A DNA stretch of 64,000 bases from an uncultured Bacilli bacterium. GTDB lineage: Bacteria; Bacillota_I; Bacilli_A; RF39; UBA660. This document shows, piece by piece, positions 27,415 to 37,798 of this stretch. How positions within the stretch are numbered: position 1 is the first letter of the stretch; each line of letters begins with the position of its first letter. The stretch is taken from the NCBI GenBank assembly GCA_934167665.1, contig CAKPLN010000003.1, forward strand, positions 65,137 through 129,136. The letters run 5' to 3'. The notes below the pieces were generated by a model that did no database searches, had not been told where the DNA came from, and saw nothing but the letters and a program-made list of their open reading frames with translations. The translations under genes were made by a program, and so were the position numbers.

Positions 27415-28741
27415 TTTAATAATCAAAAAATTTCATCCTATTTTTCACGATACGAAGCATACACATCACATTATTACAAGTGGACGTTCTGGAAGTAAAT
27501 CCAGTTACATGGGAATAAAAGGAATTAACACAATAACAAGTTCAAAACCAGGTTCAGTTGTTGTATTGAGAAAATTTCATAATAAGTTAAAAAAGACAGT
27601 TTTCAAAGAATGTTTAAGAGCAATTAATAGATTAGGATATAGTAAAAAGCAATTTAAAATAACTGTTAGTCCAATGCAGATAACATTTAAAAAAACAGGC
27701 AATACGATATATTTTACTGGTAATGAATCCATCGATGATACTAAAGGTATGATAGATGAAGATAGGCCTATTGTTCTTGTCTTAATAGATGAAGTAACAG
27801 AATTTTTTGACAAAGGTGATGGGGAAGATGAACTTCAAAATATTGAAGCAACATTTATTCGTGGAGATAATGAAGAGTTTGTAATGGAATATTATTATAA
27901 TCCACCCAAAAATCCAAAGGCACCAATTCAAGAATGGTGCGAGAAGATGGAAAGAAGGCCAGATGTTATACATGTTCATGTAGACTATCGTGATCTACCA
28001 ATTAACTGGGTTGGAAAAAAGTTGATTGAAGCAGCCGAAATATTAAAGAGCATCGATGAGAAAATGTACAATTGGTTGTGGCTAGGTTTGTGTACTGGAA
28101 TAGATGAACTAATTTATTATATGTTTAATGAAAAAAAGCACGTTAGAGAATGTACAGAAGAAGATTACAAAAACATGAATTATTGTTACATTTCTGTAGA
28201 CTATGGACAAATGAATGCAACAACGTATGAATGTTTTGGAATTGATTATAAAAACAAATGTGTACGAGGAATAGATGAATATTATTATTCTGGTAGAGAA
28301 GCTGGAAAACAGAAGTCACCCTCAGAGTATGCATTGGATTTCAAAAATTTTATAAACAGAATAAAAGAAGAAACAGGGCTAATAGTAAGATATGTTTTTA
28401 TTGATCCATCGGCGAAAGGACTAGCAGAGGAGATAAAAAAACAATGCCCAGAAATAATAATAAGAGATGCTAAAAACGATGTTGCATTAGGAATTAGCAG
28501 AGTGCAAAAATTATTATCGCTATGTTCATTATTTATATCACCTAGGCAAAAGAATTTAATTAAAGAAATGTATTTGTATGAATATGACAAAGATCAACTC
28601 GATAAGGGTAAAGAAATACCTATAAAGAAAAACGACCATTGCATGGATGCTTTAAGGTATTTGGTTATGGGTATATGGAAGTTAATTAGGCAAATTATAC
28701 CTATTTTACAGAACTTAGAAAAGGGTGATGATAATGATTAA
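27392..28741 (+). CDS. terL: terminase large subunit (ATPase/nuclease)
   Basis: Walker A-like GRSGSKSS. 449 aa. Acidic nuclease motifs. Confidence 0.85.
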   Translation: MKIIKISDLIIKKFHPIFHDTKHTHHIITSGRSGSKSSYMGIKGINTITSSKPGSVVVLRKFHNKLKKTVFKECLRAINRLGYSKKQFKITVSPMQITFKKTGNTIYFTGNESIDDTKGMIDEDRPIVLVLIDEVTEFFDKGDGEDELQNIEATFIRGDNEEFVMEYYYNPPKNPKAPIQEWCEKMERRPDVIHVHVDYRDLPINWVGKKLIEAAEILKSIDEKMYNWLWLGLCTGIDELIYYMFNEKKHVRECTEEDYKNMNYCYISVDYGQMNATTYECFGIDYKNKCVRGIDEYYYSGREAGKQKSPSEYALDFKNFINRIKEETGLIVRYVFIDPSAKGLAEEIKKQCPEIIIRDAKNDVALGISRVQKLLSLCSLFISPRQKNLIKEMYLYEYDKDQLDKGKEIPIKKNDHCMDALRYLVMGIWKLIRQIIPILQNLEKGDDND

Positions 28742-30143
28742 CAGTTTAATAAATAAAGTAAGAGGATGGTGGCATAAAATGTTTGATTATAACAAAATAG
28801 TTAGTGACTTTGGACTAGAAATGCAGACTAGTAAAGATATATTAGATGCTATCCAGGAATGGAACAAAATATATAATAAACAAGAAAGTTGGGTAAACAA
28901 GAATACAAAATCATTGCATGTTGCACGTACAATGTGTGAGAAAGTGGCCAAAGCAGTAACTGTTGAATTTAAAAGTGTTTGCAGTGAGCCTTACGTGGAT
29001 AAAGTTTACCAAAGAGTTCTAAAGAAAAAAAGAAAATACGTTGAGCAAATGCTTGGTAAATCATTAATATTCTTTAGACCATATTTTAATGGCAGAGATA
29101 TAAAAGTAAATATAGTTCAAGCAGATAAGTTTATACCAGTAGGCTTTGATGATGATGACAATCTTACTAGATATATATTAATAGACCAAATAACCGAAGG
29201 AAACAAAATATACACAAGGTTAGAGTACAATGAATATAAAGAAAATAAAATTTACATAAAAAACATTTGCTACAAAGGAGAAAAAGATGGTGTTATATTA
29301 TCATCAAAAATAAGTTTAGCAAATGTTAACAAATGGAAAGATTTGGAAGAAGAGCAAACAATAGAAGGTGTTGACAGATTAATCGGAGGGTTTGCTACTG
29401 TTCCAACGTCAAATGACCTTGATAACGACAGTCCAGTAGGACAGCCAATATATCAAAATGCTTTAGAAACAATCGAAGAAGTAGATCATCAATTTTCACG
29501 TATTATTCATGAATACGAAGGTACAGAATTGGCAGTTGATATTGATGAAAGCATTTTAAAACCAGACAAAAATGGAGAATTTACTATTCCGAAAGGAAAA
29601 GAGAGATATTTTAGAAAGTGGAATTTAGATGAAACTAAAGACGAAAGTCTGTCTGTATTTAGCCCAGAAATAAGAGATAATCCTTTATTCAATGGCTTAA
29701 ATGAATATTTAATTCAAATTGAAAGTGCTTGCCATTTATCACATGGAACTCTTGCTAAGCCAGAGGCCATCGAAAAAACTGCTCAAGAGATAAAAGCATC
29801 TAAACAAGATTATTATGTTACTGTATCTGATATTCAATCAGCATTACAGGATGCTTTTGATGATTTATTATATGGTATTTATGTATTATGTAAATTATAT
29901 AGAATTCCTGTAAAAAATAATTATTCAGTTGAGTATGAATGGGATGATTCAATAGTAGTAGATAAAGATACAGCACGAAATCAAGCAATGATAGAGAGAA
30001 ATAATAATATTACAAGCGATGTGCAATATATTATGGATACTCGTAATTTCAAAGAAAAAGAGGCTATAGCATTCGTGAAAAAGCAAAAAGAGTTTAGAAA
30101 ACTTTCACAAGATGATCCAGAGGAAACTCCAGAAGAAGAATAA
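28725..30143 (+). CDS. portal protein
   Basis: 472 aa, immediately downstream of terL, acidic C-terminus. Confidence 0.7.
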   Translation: MMIMINSLINKVRGWWHKMFDYNKIVSDFGLEMQTSKDILDAIQEWNKIYNKQESWVNKNTKSLHVARTMCEKVAKAVTVEFKSVCSEPYVDKVYQRVLKKKRKYVEQMLGKSLIFFRPYFNGRDIKVNIVQADKFIPVGFDDDDNLTRYILIDQITEGNKIYTRLEYNEYKENKIYIKNICYKGEKDGVILSSKISLANVNKWKDLEEEQTIEGVDRLIGGFATVPTSNDLDNDSPVGQPIYQNALETIEEVDHQFSRIIHEYEGTELAVDIDESILKPDKNGEFTIPKGKERYFRKWNLDETKDESLSVFSPEIRDNPLFNGLNEYLIQIESACHLSHGTLAKPEAIEKTAQEIKASKQDYYVTVSDIQSALQDAFDDLLYGIYVLCKLYRIPVKNNYSVEYEWDDSIVVDKDTARNQAMIERNNNITSDVQYIMDTRNFKEKEAIAFVKKQKEFRKLSQDDPEETPEEE

Positions 30144-31846
30144 TGAATAAGAATCAATTTTATAATTTGTTAAAACCATTGATAAGTATTTATGACGAGA
30201 TAGAAAAAGACATGATTCTGGATATTTTGGAGCGCATAGATAATTATGATGGAATTAAAGGAACTCTAAAATGGTATCTTGATAAGCTGAATGAACTAAG
30301 TTGTTTAAAAAAGACTAATACAACTATTATTAACAAGAAAAAAAGCGAAATAAAAAAGACTCTTAAAAATATGCTGAAATCTGCTACTGAAAATTCAGTA
30401 AATCTAGATGTGCTAGAAAAATATAATACTTTTACAAATTCAAATTTATCAATAAAAGAAATATGCGATAATACATCTATAGCGAACCTAATAACTGAAG
30501 CATTGAAAAGTGCTGTAAATATAACTGAATTAATCAATACAAAAGCGATTGAATCAGCAACAGAAGAATACAAAAACATACTAAATACCGCTTATTTAGA
30601 AACTGCTACAGGAATTTATACTTATGACCAGTCAATCAAACGAGCAGTAGATAAAATGGCAGAGAATGGCATAATGATGGCTAATTATGATAGTGGTAGA
30701 AAAATCAGTATAGAAGCTGCAGTAAGACGAGATGTTACAACCAGAGTTAATCAATTGGTTGGTGACGTTGAGCTAACTACCGCCCAAGATATTATGCAAA
30801 CAAACTTAGTTTATGTGGACCAACACTTAGGTGCAAGAACTAGGACAAAATATATGAAAAATGATTATGAGGCTCATGATGAGTGGCAAGGAAAAGTATA
30901 TATGATTTCCGGTTCTAACACTAAATATCCAAATCTGTTTGAGAAAACAGGTTATAAAAAAATGCTTGGTTTGAAAGGTCTGAATTGTTATCATGATTTA
31001 AGACCTTTTTTTGAATGGGAAGAAATTCCAGAGATAATAGATATTGAAGAAAGCAGAAAAAAACGTGAGGTTCTGGACCAACAGAGAGAATATGAACGTA
31101 ATATTAGAGAATTAAAAAGGCAAAAACTAATTGATAAAAAAATGGGGTACAATGATGATTACAAACATACAAATTCAAAATTGTCTAAGTTGAATAAAAA
31201 ATATCAAGAATTTCTTGACAATAATGGATTAAATAGAAACTATTCTAGGGAGTATGTAGTTGTTGATGATAAAAAAATAGATATTAATAAACCTAAATTT
31301 TTAATCAGCAATGATTTAGGAGTAAAAAATAGTTATAATGAAAGAATGGAAACTTTAAAAGCAATTGACTCTGTACCATCAAGTGTTAAAAATATGATAA
31401 GTGATACTAAAATTGTAGTTGGTGGAAATGGCAACAGCAGATATGATCGAAAAAATAATATCATTTATGTAAGAAAAGATTCCACGAAAGATGAAATTGT
31501 CCACGAAATAGGACATTTGGTTGAAACGAAATTAAATGTTTTAAATGATGATAAATTCAATAAAATAAGAAGTGATTTGGCGGAAAACAGTAAAGTAAAA
31601 TTGACAACAAAGTTTGAAACTACTAGAAAAACATATATTATAGTTAATGATAAGTTGATTAGTGATTATCAAGGTTTTATTTACTCAGATGATGCAAAAG
31701 AAATCCTAGATAAAAATAACACTATAAATTATGAGTTATTGGGCGAAGTGTTTAGTGAAGGTTTCAGAGAGTATATAATTAATCCAAACAACTTGAAAAA
31801 GAGGTTTCCAGAGTTATATAATTATATTGAGGAGATGGATTTATGA
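30143..31846 (+). CDS. minor head/head-morphogenesis protein (SPP1 gp7-like) with extra C-terminal HExxH-containing domain
   Basis: Position after the portal. 567 aa. C-terminal VHEIGHLVE motif. Confidence 0.55.
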   Translation: MNKNQFYNLLKPLISIYDEIEKDMILDILERIDNYDGIKGTLKWYLDKLNELSCLKKTNTTIINKKKSEIKKTLKNMLKSATENSVNLDVLEKYNTFTNSNLSIKEICDNTSIANLITEALKSAVNITELINTKAIESATEEYKNILNTAYLETATGIYTYDQSIKRAVDKMAENGIMMANYDSGRKISIEAAVRRDVTTRVNQLVGDVELTTAQDIMQTNLVYVDQHLGARTRTKYMKNDYEAHDEWQGKVYMISGSNTKYPNLFEKTGYKKMLGLKGLNCYHDLRPFFEWEEIPEIIDIEESRKKREVLDQQREYERNIRELKRQKLIDKKMGYNDDYKHTNSKLSKLNKKYQEFLDNNGLNRNYSREYVVVDDKKIDINKPKFLISNDLGVKNSYNERMETLKAIDSVPSSVKNMISDTKIVVGGNGNSRYDRKNNIIYVRKDSTKDEIVHEIGHLVETKLNVLNDDKFNKIRSDLAENSKVKLTTKFETTRKTYIIVNDKLISDYQGFIYSDDAKEILDKNNTINYELLGEVFSEGFREYIINPNNLKKRFPELYNYIEEMDL

Positions 31847-32058
31847 CTGTAAAAGAAGAAGCACTAAAGTTGAAAAATTTTGAGGAGTATGAAAAGAAAA
31901 TTGATGATTTGAATGCTAGAGGCTTAGTTTTTGATCGTGAGATTGCTGAACATTTTTCTAAAATATTGCCAAAAGCCTATAATCCATATGATAAAGAAAA
32001 TGACATAGTATATGATTTGCCAGGGTTAGGGCGAAAAAAATCAGATAGTACTCAATAA
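31843..32058 (+). CDS. hypothetical protein
   Basis: ORF. Confidence 0.3.
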   Translation: MTVKEEALKLKNFEEYEKKIDDLNARGLVFDREIAEHFSKILPKAYNPYDKENDIVYDLPGLGRKKSDSTQ

Positions 32059-32612
32059 AGAGTGTTTTTATTATGCTATCTTATAGGTAGCATGAGGTGG
32101 ATATATAGACATGGAGGAATATCATGTGGAAGTGCCAGTTTATGACTGTCAAATATATCCATCTCGTGGTACTTATAAAGAGTACCTCTAGGTATTCATC
32201 TCTGAGAGAGTGTGGAAAAATTTATTGTTGTTGCACCTAGCACTATCTCTAGTAGATAGTGTACTGATGATATATATTCAGGGATACGAGGGCTGATATA
32301 TCATTAGTACAGTATCAATTAGGATACTATTGGTTTATAAATGTAAAGTCGGTATGCCATCGGCTTTTTTTATGGAAAAAAGGTGATAAAATGAACAAAA
32401 TTGTTAGAATATGCAGAAAAATATTTATAGACTTACAAAAGTCTTTCATCGTGAGGACATAAAGAGATATATTAAGTGCAAGACTTAACCTTACGACCAT
32501 AAGTCAATAGAAATATTGGCTTTTTTCGTGTGTCATAGCAACGACAGGACTAGAAAATATATTAAATCGCACGAGGACTAGACCTCGTAAAAAAATGTAA
32601 GGAGGAAAATAT

Positions 32613-33155
32613 ATGAAACGTGAATTTTTAGAAGGATTGGAACTCGATACAGAAACCATTGATACAATAATGGCTGAACATGGTAAGGTTATTCAAGGCC
32701 TTAAAGAGGAAAGAGACAATCTAAAAACACAAATCGCAGATGCTAACAAGGAAATTCAATCTTATAAGGATATGGATATTGATAGTATCAAGAAGTCAGC
32801 TGAAGATTGGAAAACAAAATATGAGGAAATTGAGGCAAATCAAAAAGCTGAAAAAGAAAAAAGTATTAAAGATGAAAGAATTAATGCTTTTTTTAATGAC
32901 ATTAAATTTGCAAGTGAAAGTGCAAAAGCAGGAGTAATTGCTCAATTTAATGAAAAGGAATTTAAGTATGATGAAGAATCTAAAAAATTCTTAGGTGCTT
33001 CTGAATGGCTTAATGATTTAAAAGAAAAGGATAGTGGAGCTTTCCTTAGTGATGTTGCAAATCCTAAATTTACAACAACTCCAACAGCTCCAACACAAGA
33101 TGGCTCTATGGACAAAATTTTACATGCCATGGGCCTAGATGAAAATAAAAAATAG
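32613..33155 (+). CDS. capsid scaffolding protein
   Basis: GGAGG RBS. Coiled-coil protein directly upstream of the capsid gene. Confidence 0.6.
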   Translation: MKREFLEGLELDTETIDTIMAEHGKVIQGLKEERDNLKTQIADANKEIQSYKDMDIDSIKKSAEDWKTKYEEIEANQKAEKEKSIKDERINAFFNDIKFASESAKAGVIAQFNEKEFKYDEESKKFLGASEWLNDLKEKDSGAFLSDVANPKFTTTPTAPTQDGSMDKILHAMGLDENKK

Positions 33156-33170
33156 GAAAGAAGAGGTATT

Positions 33171-34184
33171 ATGAATAGTATTGAATTATTTAAAAAAAAT
33201 GCACCAGAACTTTTAGACAAAGTTTATAAGGCTGCAAGTACAACATCAGACTTTGATATTAGTGGTGATCTAGTTAAGGCAGGCAATAATGCACATGAAA
33301 TTGTTGTACCTAAATTAGAAATGGATGGTTTAGGAGATTATGATCGTAATAGTGGTTACTTAGATGGCGATGTTACACTAACTAATGAAACTGTTAAATA
33401 TAATTACGAACGTGGTAGAAAATTAAAAACCGATACCATCGATAATGAAGAAACTGGCGGAGTTATTATGGCAAATCTGTCAAGTGAATTTTTAAGAACT
33501 AAAGTAATTCCAGAAGTAGATGCTGTTAGATATGCAACTTATTCTTCTCTAGAGAATATTACAGACGTTGCTGAAGATGGTATTGAGTATAAAACAGGTG
33601 AAGCAGTGTTAAATGCTTTACAAGAGGCAATGACTAAATTAGATGATGATGAAGTTCCAGAAGAGGGAAGATATTTAAGAATTAGTCCTACATTACTTTC
33701 AATGGCAGAGTTTGTTTCTAGAACAACTAATAATGACATTTTGAAAAAATTCACACAAGTTAAGAAAGTTCCACAAAGTAGATTTTTAACAAAGATAGAA
33801 TTAAGAAGTGGTAAGGATGCCGATGGAGAAAGAATTGGTGGTTATAAAAAAGTAGCTGATAAATATGAATTAACTACTGATTCAGCAGTTGTAAGTGGAA
33901 AAACATATTACACTAAATCTGGGGATAAATATGTAAAGGTAGAAACACCAGCAGCAGGATCATTATCAACGTATTATGAATTAACAAAAAAAGGTAGTAG
34001 GGATATTAACTTTATGATTATTCATAAACCAGCAATGTTACAATACACAAAACATGCAAAAATGAAAATATTCACTCCTGATTCAGATGATAGTGGCGAT
34101 TTTTACAGAATACTATATAGACTTTATGGTTTAAATGATGCCTATGAGAATAAAAGAGCAGGTATCTTAGTATCTCATAAATAG
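33171..34184 (+). CDS. major capsid protein
   Basis: 337 aa after the scaffold gene, GAGG RBS. Confidence 0.6.
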   Translation: MNSIELFKKNAPELLDKVYKAASTTSDFDISGDLVKAGNNAHEIVVPKLEMDGLGDYDRNSGYLDGDVTLTNETVKYNYERGRKLKTDTIDNEETGGVIMANLSSEFLRTKVIPEVDAVRYATYSSLENITDVAEDGIEYKTGEAVLNALQEAMTKLDDDEVPEEGRYLRISPTLLSMAEFVSRTTNNDILKKFTQVKKVPQSRFLTKIELRSGKDADGERIGGYKKVADKYELTTDSAVVSGKTYYTKSGDKYVKVETPAAGSLSTYYELTKKGSRDINFMIIHKPAMLQYTKHAKMKIFTPDSDDSGDFYRILYRLYGLNDAYENKRAGILVSHK

Positions 34185-34198
34185 GAAGGAGTATCATA

Positions 34199-34459
34199 AT
34201 GGGAAAAATTATAGGTGAAAAAAAATTGAATGTAAAAACATTTACTCAAGAAGAAGTAAATGCTATTACTTTAGACTTAAATGCAAAAATCGTTGAATTA
34301 ACAGAAAAAGATAAAAATCTAACTATTGAAAATGTCAAATTAAATGAGGAAAATGAAAACCTTCAGGAGACAATTGAAAACTTAAATGCAAAAATCGTTG
34401 AATTAACAGAAACAAAGGATAAAAAATCAAAAAAAGAAGCTGAAAAATCAGTAGAATAG
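34199..34459 (+). CDS. coiled-coil protein with internal 11-aa duplication (head decoration?)
   Basis: LNAKIVELTE occurs twice. Encoded by a 33-bp perfect DNA direct repeat. Confidence 0.35.
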   Translation: MGKIIGEKKLNVKTFTQEEVNAITLDLNAKIVELTEKDKNLTIENVKLNEENENLQETIENLNAKIVELTETKDKKSKKEAEKSVE

Positions 34460-34462
34460 GAG

Positions 34463-34867
34463 ATGGTAGGTATGCTAACTAAATTAGTAGATTATGAATA
34501 TTATTCTAAGATTTATGGAGGTTCTAGCATACCTGAATCTTCATTTGAAAATTTATCTGTTAGAGCGAGTGCATATATAAATAAGTACACTTACAATAGA
34601 ATTAATGATGATAATACAAGTGAAAAAGTAAAGGATTGTACTTGTGAAATAGCGGAGTTTCTCCATTCACAAGACAAAAAAATAAAGAGTATAGAAAATG
34701 ACAAAATAGTGGCTAGCGAAACAGTGGGCCCACATTCAAAAACATATGTTAATAACACTAGCTTGTTAGATAAACATATTTATACTGATGAGGAAGTAGA
34801 TAAAAAAACTTACAAAATTTGTTATAAGCATTTGGTATCTACTGGACTCATGTATAGGGGATTTTAA
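34463..34867 (+). CDS. head-tail connector protein (gp6/gp15-like)
   Basis: Position and size. Confidence 0.4.
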   Translation: MVGMLTKLVDYEYYSKIYGGSSIPESSFENLSVRASAYINKYTYNRINDDNTSEKVKDCTCEIAEFLHSQDKKIKSIENDKIVASETVGPHSKTYVNNTSLLDKHIYTDEEVDKKTYKICYKHLVSTGLMYRGF

Positions 34868-35244
34868 TGTTTCCACATGTCGTGACAGTTATAAATAGTG
34901 CAAAAATAAAAGATAAATTAACTCTAAAAAGTTGTACTGTTGAAGATGTTTTTTTCTATAATCAAAAAATAATTGCACAAGAAAATTCTGGAGAAAAATA
35001 CTCGAATACGTATCATTGCATATTTTCTGAAGCATCCATTGAAAAATATTTGAAACCCAAAGAATACAATTTACAAGATGAACATTTTACATTGGAAGAA
35101 AACAAGACTATCATCATAAAAGGAATTGTTGATATATCAAATTTAGATGATTTAGAAAACGTGGATAATTGGTTTTATGTAAAAACAATTTCTGATAATT
35201 CTGATTATGGTGAGGAATTAAAAAATATAGAGGTAACAAACTGA
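34867..35244 (+). CDS. head-tail adaptor (putative)
   Basis: Position. Confidence 0.3.
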   Translation: MFPHVVTVINSAKIKDKLTLKSCTVEDVFFYNQKIIAQENSGEKYSNTYHCIFSEASIEKYLKPKEYNLQDEHFTLEENKTIIIKGIVDISNLDDLENVDNWFYVKTISDNSDYGEELKNIEVTN

Positions 35245-35264
35245 AAATAAAAGCACATTTAGTA

Positions 35265-35663
35265 TTGCAACCTGTTAATGAAATGATTAGGGAATGTGGT
35301 CTAGATAAAGGCGGCAAAGTTCAGCAATATATAGATCAATTTGTACTTTATCATAGTGAGCCATATTTACCAGGTAAACATATTCATAATGGTGGAGTTG
35401 TTAGTACTGAAATTGGTAGTGGAATGGTAATTTGGGATACACCAGATGCACAGTTTTTATTTGAAGGTAATCTCATGGTTGATCCAGAAACTTTAAGCCC
35501 ATTTGCTAGACGTGGTGTTCAAAAAATTCTTGATCCGGAAGGCAGAGAACTAGAATATCATGGTGGTGGTTTAAGAGGAAAAGACTGGGTTAATAGAATG
35601 CTAGAAGCTGAAGAGGATGACCTTATCCTTGGTTGTCAAAATATTGTTGATGGAGGTAAGTAA
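35265..35663 (+). CDS. head closure/tail-completion protein (putative)
   Basis: Position. Confidence 0.3.
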   Translation: MQPVNEMIRECGLDKGGKVQQYIDQFVLYHSEPYLPGKHIHNGGVVSTEIGSGMVIWDTPDAQFLFEGNLMVDPETLSPFARRGVQKILDPEGRELEYHGGGLRGKDWVNRMLEAEEDDLILGCQNIVDGGK

Positions 35664-36110
35664 ATGCAAGATAAAAATGTATTAGATGTTTTAAAGGAAT
35701 ATTTTTCAAAATGTGAATATATTGATAATCTAAAGATAGATTATTTAAGCGAGGGAAAGGCATGGTCTTTGGAGCAAAAAGGAACACCAGTCCAGCTTAA
35801 AAAAAGTGTTCTTGGAAACAGAAAAATGCAATTATCTTTTACACTTGCTACACGAATATTCGTTAATTCTATAACAGATGAAAACCAAAGTAAAATATTG
35901 GGTACATTCAACGATATATCAGAGTGGATGTATCAGCAAACAAGAAAACATAATTTACCATCGCTAAATGATGGTGAAATGGCCGAAAGTTTAGAAGCAA
36001 CATCAAATGCTTTTTTATTTGCGGTAAACAAGGATAGAACAGAAGCAAGGTACGAGATGCCTTGCAAATTCATTTATACAAAGGAGGGTAAAATAAATGG
36101 CCGAGAATAG
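35664..36110 (+). CDS. tail-completion protein (putative)
   Basis: Position. Confidence 0.3.
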   Translation: MQDKNVLDVLKEYFSKCEYIDNLKIDYLSEGKAWSLEQKGTPVQLKKSVLGNRKMQLSFTLATRIFVNSITDENQSKILGTFNDISEWMYQQTRKHNLPSLNDGEMAESLEATSNAFLFAVNKDRTEARYEMPCKFIYTKEGKINGRE

Positions 36111-36648
36111 TTTTAAATTTAGTGGAAGTGGAAAATTTAACAGAGAGGATTCAATTTTATTTATGAATTTGAATGTGACTTCTGCTAATGAAAATGGAAT
36201 TGTGTTTAATACAGAAACTCCAACATGGGTACCAATTGGAGAGGATAATGAAGAAATTGTTAGAGAACACAATAATGAACTAGAAGCAAAGAAAAACGTT
36301 TTAGGTAAAACAAATATAACTGCTTCAAGAGGTGCTGAAACTACAGAAATTGATCCTATCGCTATAAGAGGAAATGATGTATTATCATACATTCTTTATA
36401 TAGCACATAAATATGGCTTGGTAGGAGATAAATTTGCTATTCCATGTATGGAGGTTTCTTTATTCGACAAGCAAACAACAGAAGGTACATATGGTGCCTT
36501 TACTGAAACTGCTGTTGTAGATGAAAAATCTTTTGGCGGTGGGACTTCTGAAATTGATGCTCCAATAACACTAAATTGGAAAGGCGATAAGGTACATGGT
36601 ACATATAACCTTGCACAAAATAAATTTACAGAAACAACGGTAGCATAG
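36097..36648 (+). CDS. major tail (tube) protein
   Basis: 183 aa upstream of the chaperone pair and the tape measure gene. Confidence 0.5.
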   Translation: MAENSFKFSGSGKFNREDSILFMNLNVTSANENGIVFNTETPTWVPIGEDNEEIVREHNNELEAKKNVLGKTNITASRGAETTEIDPIAIRGNDVLSYILYIAHKYGLVGDKFAIPCMEVSLFDKQTTEGTYGAFTETAVVDEKSFGGGTSEIDAPITLNWKGDKVHGTYNLAQNKFTETTVA

Positions 36649-36708
36649 AGAAAAGGGATGATAGATTATATCTAACATCCCTTATTTTTAATAGAAAGGA
36701 AAAATTAT

Positions 36709-37176
36709 ATGCCAATAGTAATAAAAAATAAAAATGTTAGAGAGGATATACTGAATGAAAAAGGAGAAAAAATAGGAGAAATTACATTTAATCCGAATGA
36801 TTCAGCAATAATGAAAGCCTTAGCCGAAATAATAACTAATTTAACTGAAAAAATTAAGAAAATAGATAAATGTAAAAGTATAAATATTCCTAAGCTCGAA
36901 AAAACATCAACTGCAGAAGAATTCGAAGCAGCATCTGAAGAACTTGAGAAATTAAGCGAAATGTTGACAACAGAATATGATGCAATAGATAGTGCAATCT
37001 TATCACTAGAAAAGATTTTAGGTAGAGATACTGTTGAATGCTTTACAGGTGGAACACATGATATTGAATTGTTAATTCCATTAATTGAATTCATGACACC
37101 ATACATTCAAAAAAGCAGAACTGAAAAAGTAGAAAAATATATTGGACATTCTAACGATAATGATGTGATGGAATAA
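36709..37176 (+). CDS. tail assembly chaperone (gpG-like)
   Basis: Acidic protein upstream of the tape measure gene. Confidence 0.4.
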   Translation: MPIVIKNKNVREDILNEKGEKIGEITFNPNDSAIMKALAEIITNLTEKIKKIDKCKSINIPKLEKTSTAEEFEAASEELEKLSEMLTTEYDAIDSAILSLEKILGRDTVECFTGGTHDIELLIPLIEFMTPYIQKSRTEKVEKYIGHSNDNDVME

Positions 37177-37754
37177 TGAATATTTTAACAGATAGTTTAC
37201 CTAAAAAGATTAGGGTAAATAAAAATGTGTATGATATTAATTATGATTATAAGACTGCTATAAATATTCTTTTAGCATTTGAAGATACAGAACTCACGAG
37301 GAGTGAACAACTTTATATAATGTTAAAAAAATTATATAGAGACGAAATACAACCAGAGGATTTAGAAGAAGCTATCTTAAAAGGAATAAAATTTTTAGAT
37401 GGTGGAGTAGAAAACGATTCTGTTCCTAAGAGGGAGAAGAGAATATATTCATTCAAAAAAGATGGAAATTATATTTTCAGTGGAATAAACCAAACACACA
37501 AAATAAATTTGTCGGAAGTTCCAGATTTGCATTGGTGGGTATTTTTGTCTTTTTTTATGGACATGTCTTCTGAATGTATGTTCGGTGAATTAGTGTATTA
37601 TCGTAAAAGAAAAAATGAAAACAAACTAACGAAAGAAGAAAAGGAAAGATATGCAAAAATAAAAAAATTAGTTGACTTAGAAGAAAAGGATGTAGAGGCC
37701 ATTCAGGCTAGAAAAAGTTTCTTTGAAGAATATAGAAAGTTTAATGGAAGGTAG
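37176..37754 (+). CDS. tail assembly protein (gpT-like), separate ORF
   Basis: ATGA start/stop overlap; ORF. Confidence 0.35.
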   Translation: MNILTDSLPKKIRVNKNVYDINYDYKTAINILLAFEDTELTRSEQLYIMLKKLYRDEIQPEDLEEAILKGIKFLDGGVENDSVPKREKRIYSFKKDGNYIFSGINQTHKINLSEVPDLHWWVFLSFFMDMSSECMFGELVYYRKRKNENKLTKEEKERYAKIKKLVDLEEKDVEAIQARKSFFEEYRKFNGR

Positions 37755-37798
37755 GTGAACCACTGGCTAGTAAAAATGCAGTAATAATAAATACTGAA

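Noticed and set aside
32349-32372. Possible terminator GTCGGTATGCCATCGGC followed by a T7 run in the structured gap
   Set aside because: The GC-rich segment does not form a convincing stem (at most 3-4 bp); not called as a terminator.
32740-33754. ORFs 32740..32937 (+), 32942..33220 (-), 33539..33754 (-)
   Set aside because: Embedded in or antisense to the scaffold and capsid genes; K/L-rich or S-rich shadow frames.
36709-37754. Programmed -1 frameshift fusing the two tail-chaperone ORFs (gpG/gpGT-like) at the A6G run 37109-37115
   Set aside because: The downstream frame has stop codons at 37122, 37152, 37158 and 37161 before its ATG at 37176, so no fusion product is possible. Treated as two separate overlapping genes.
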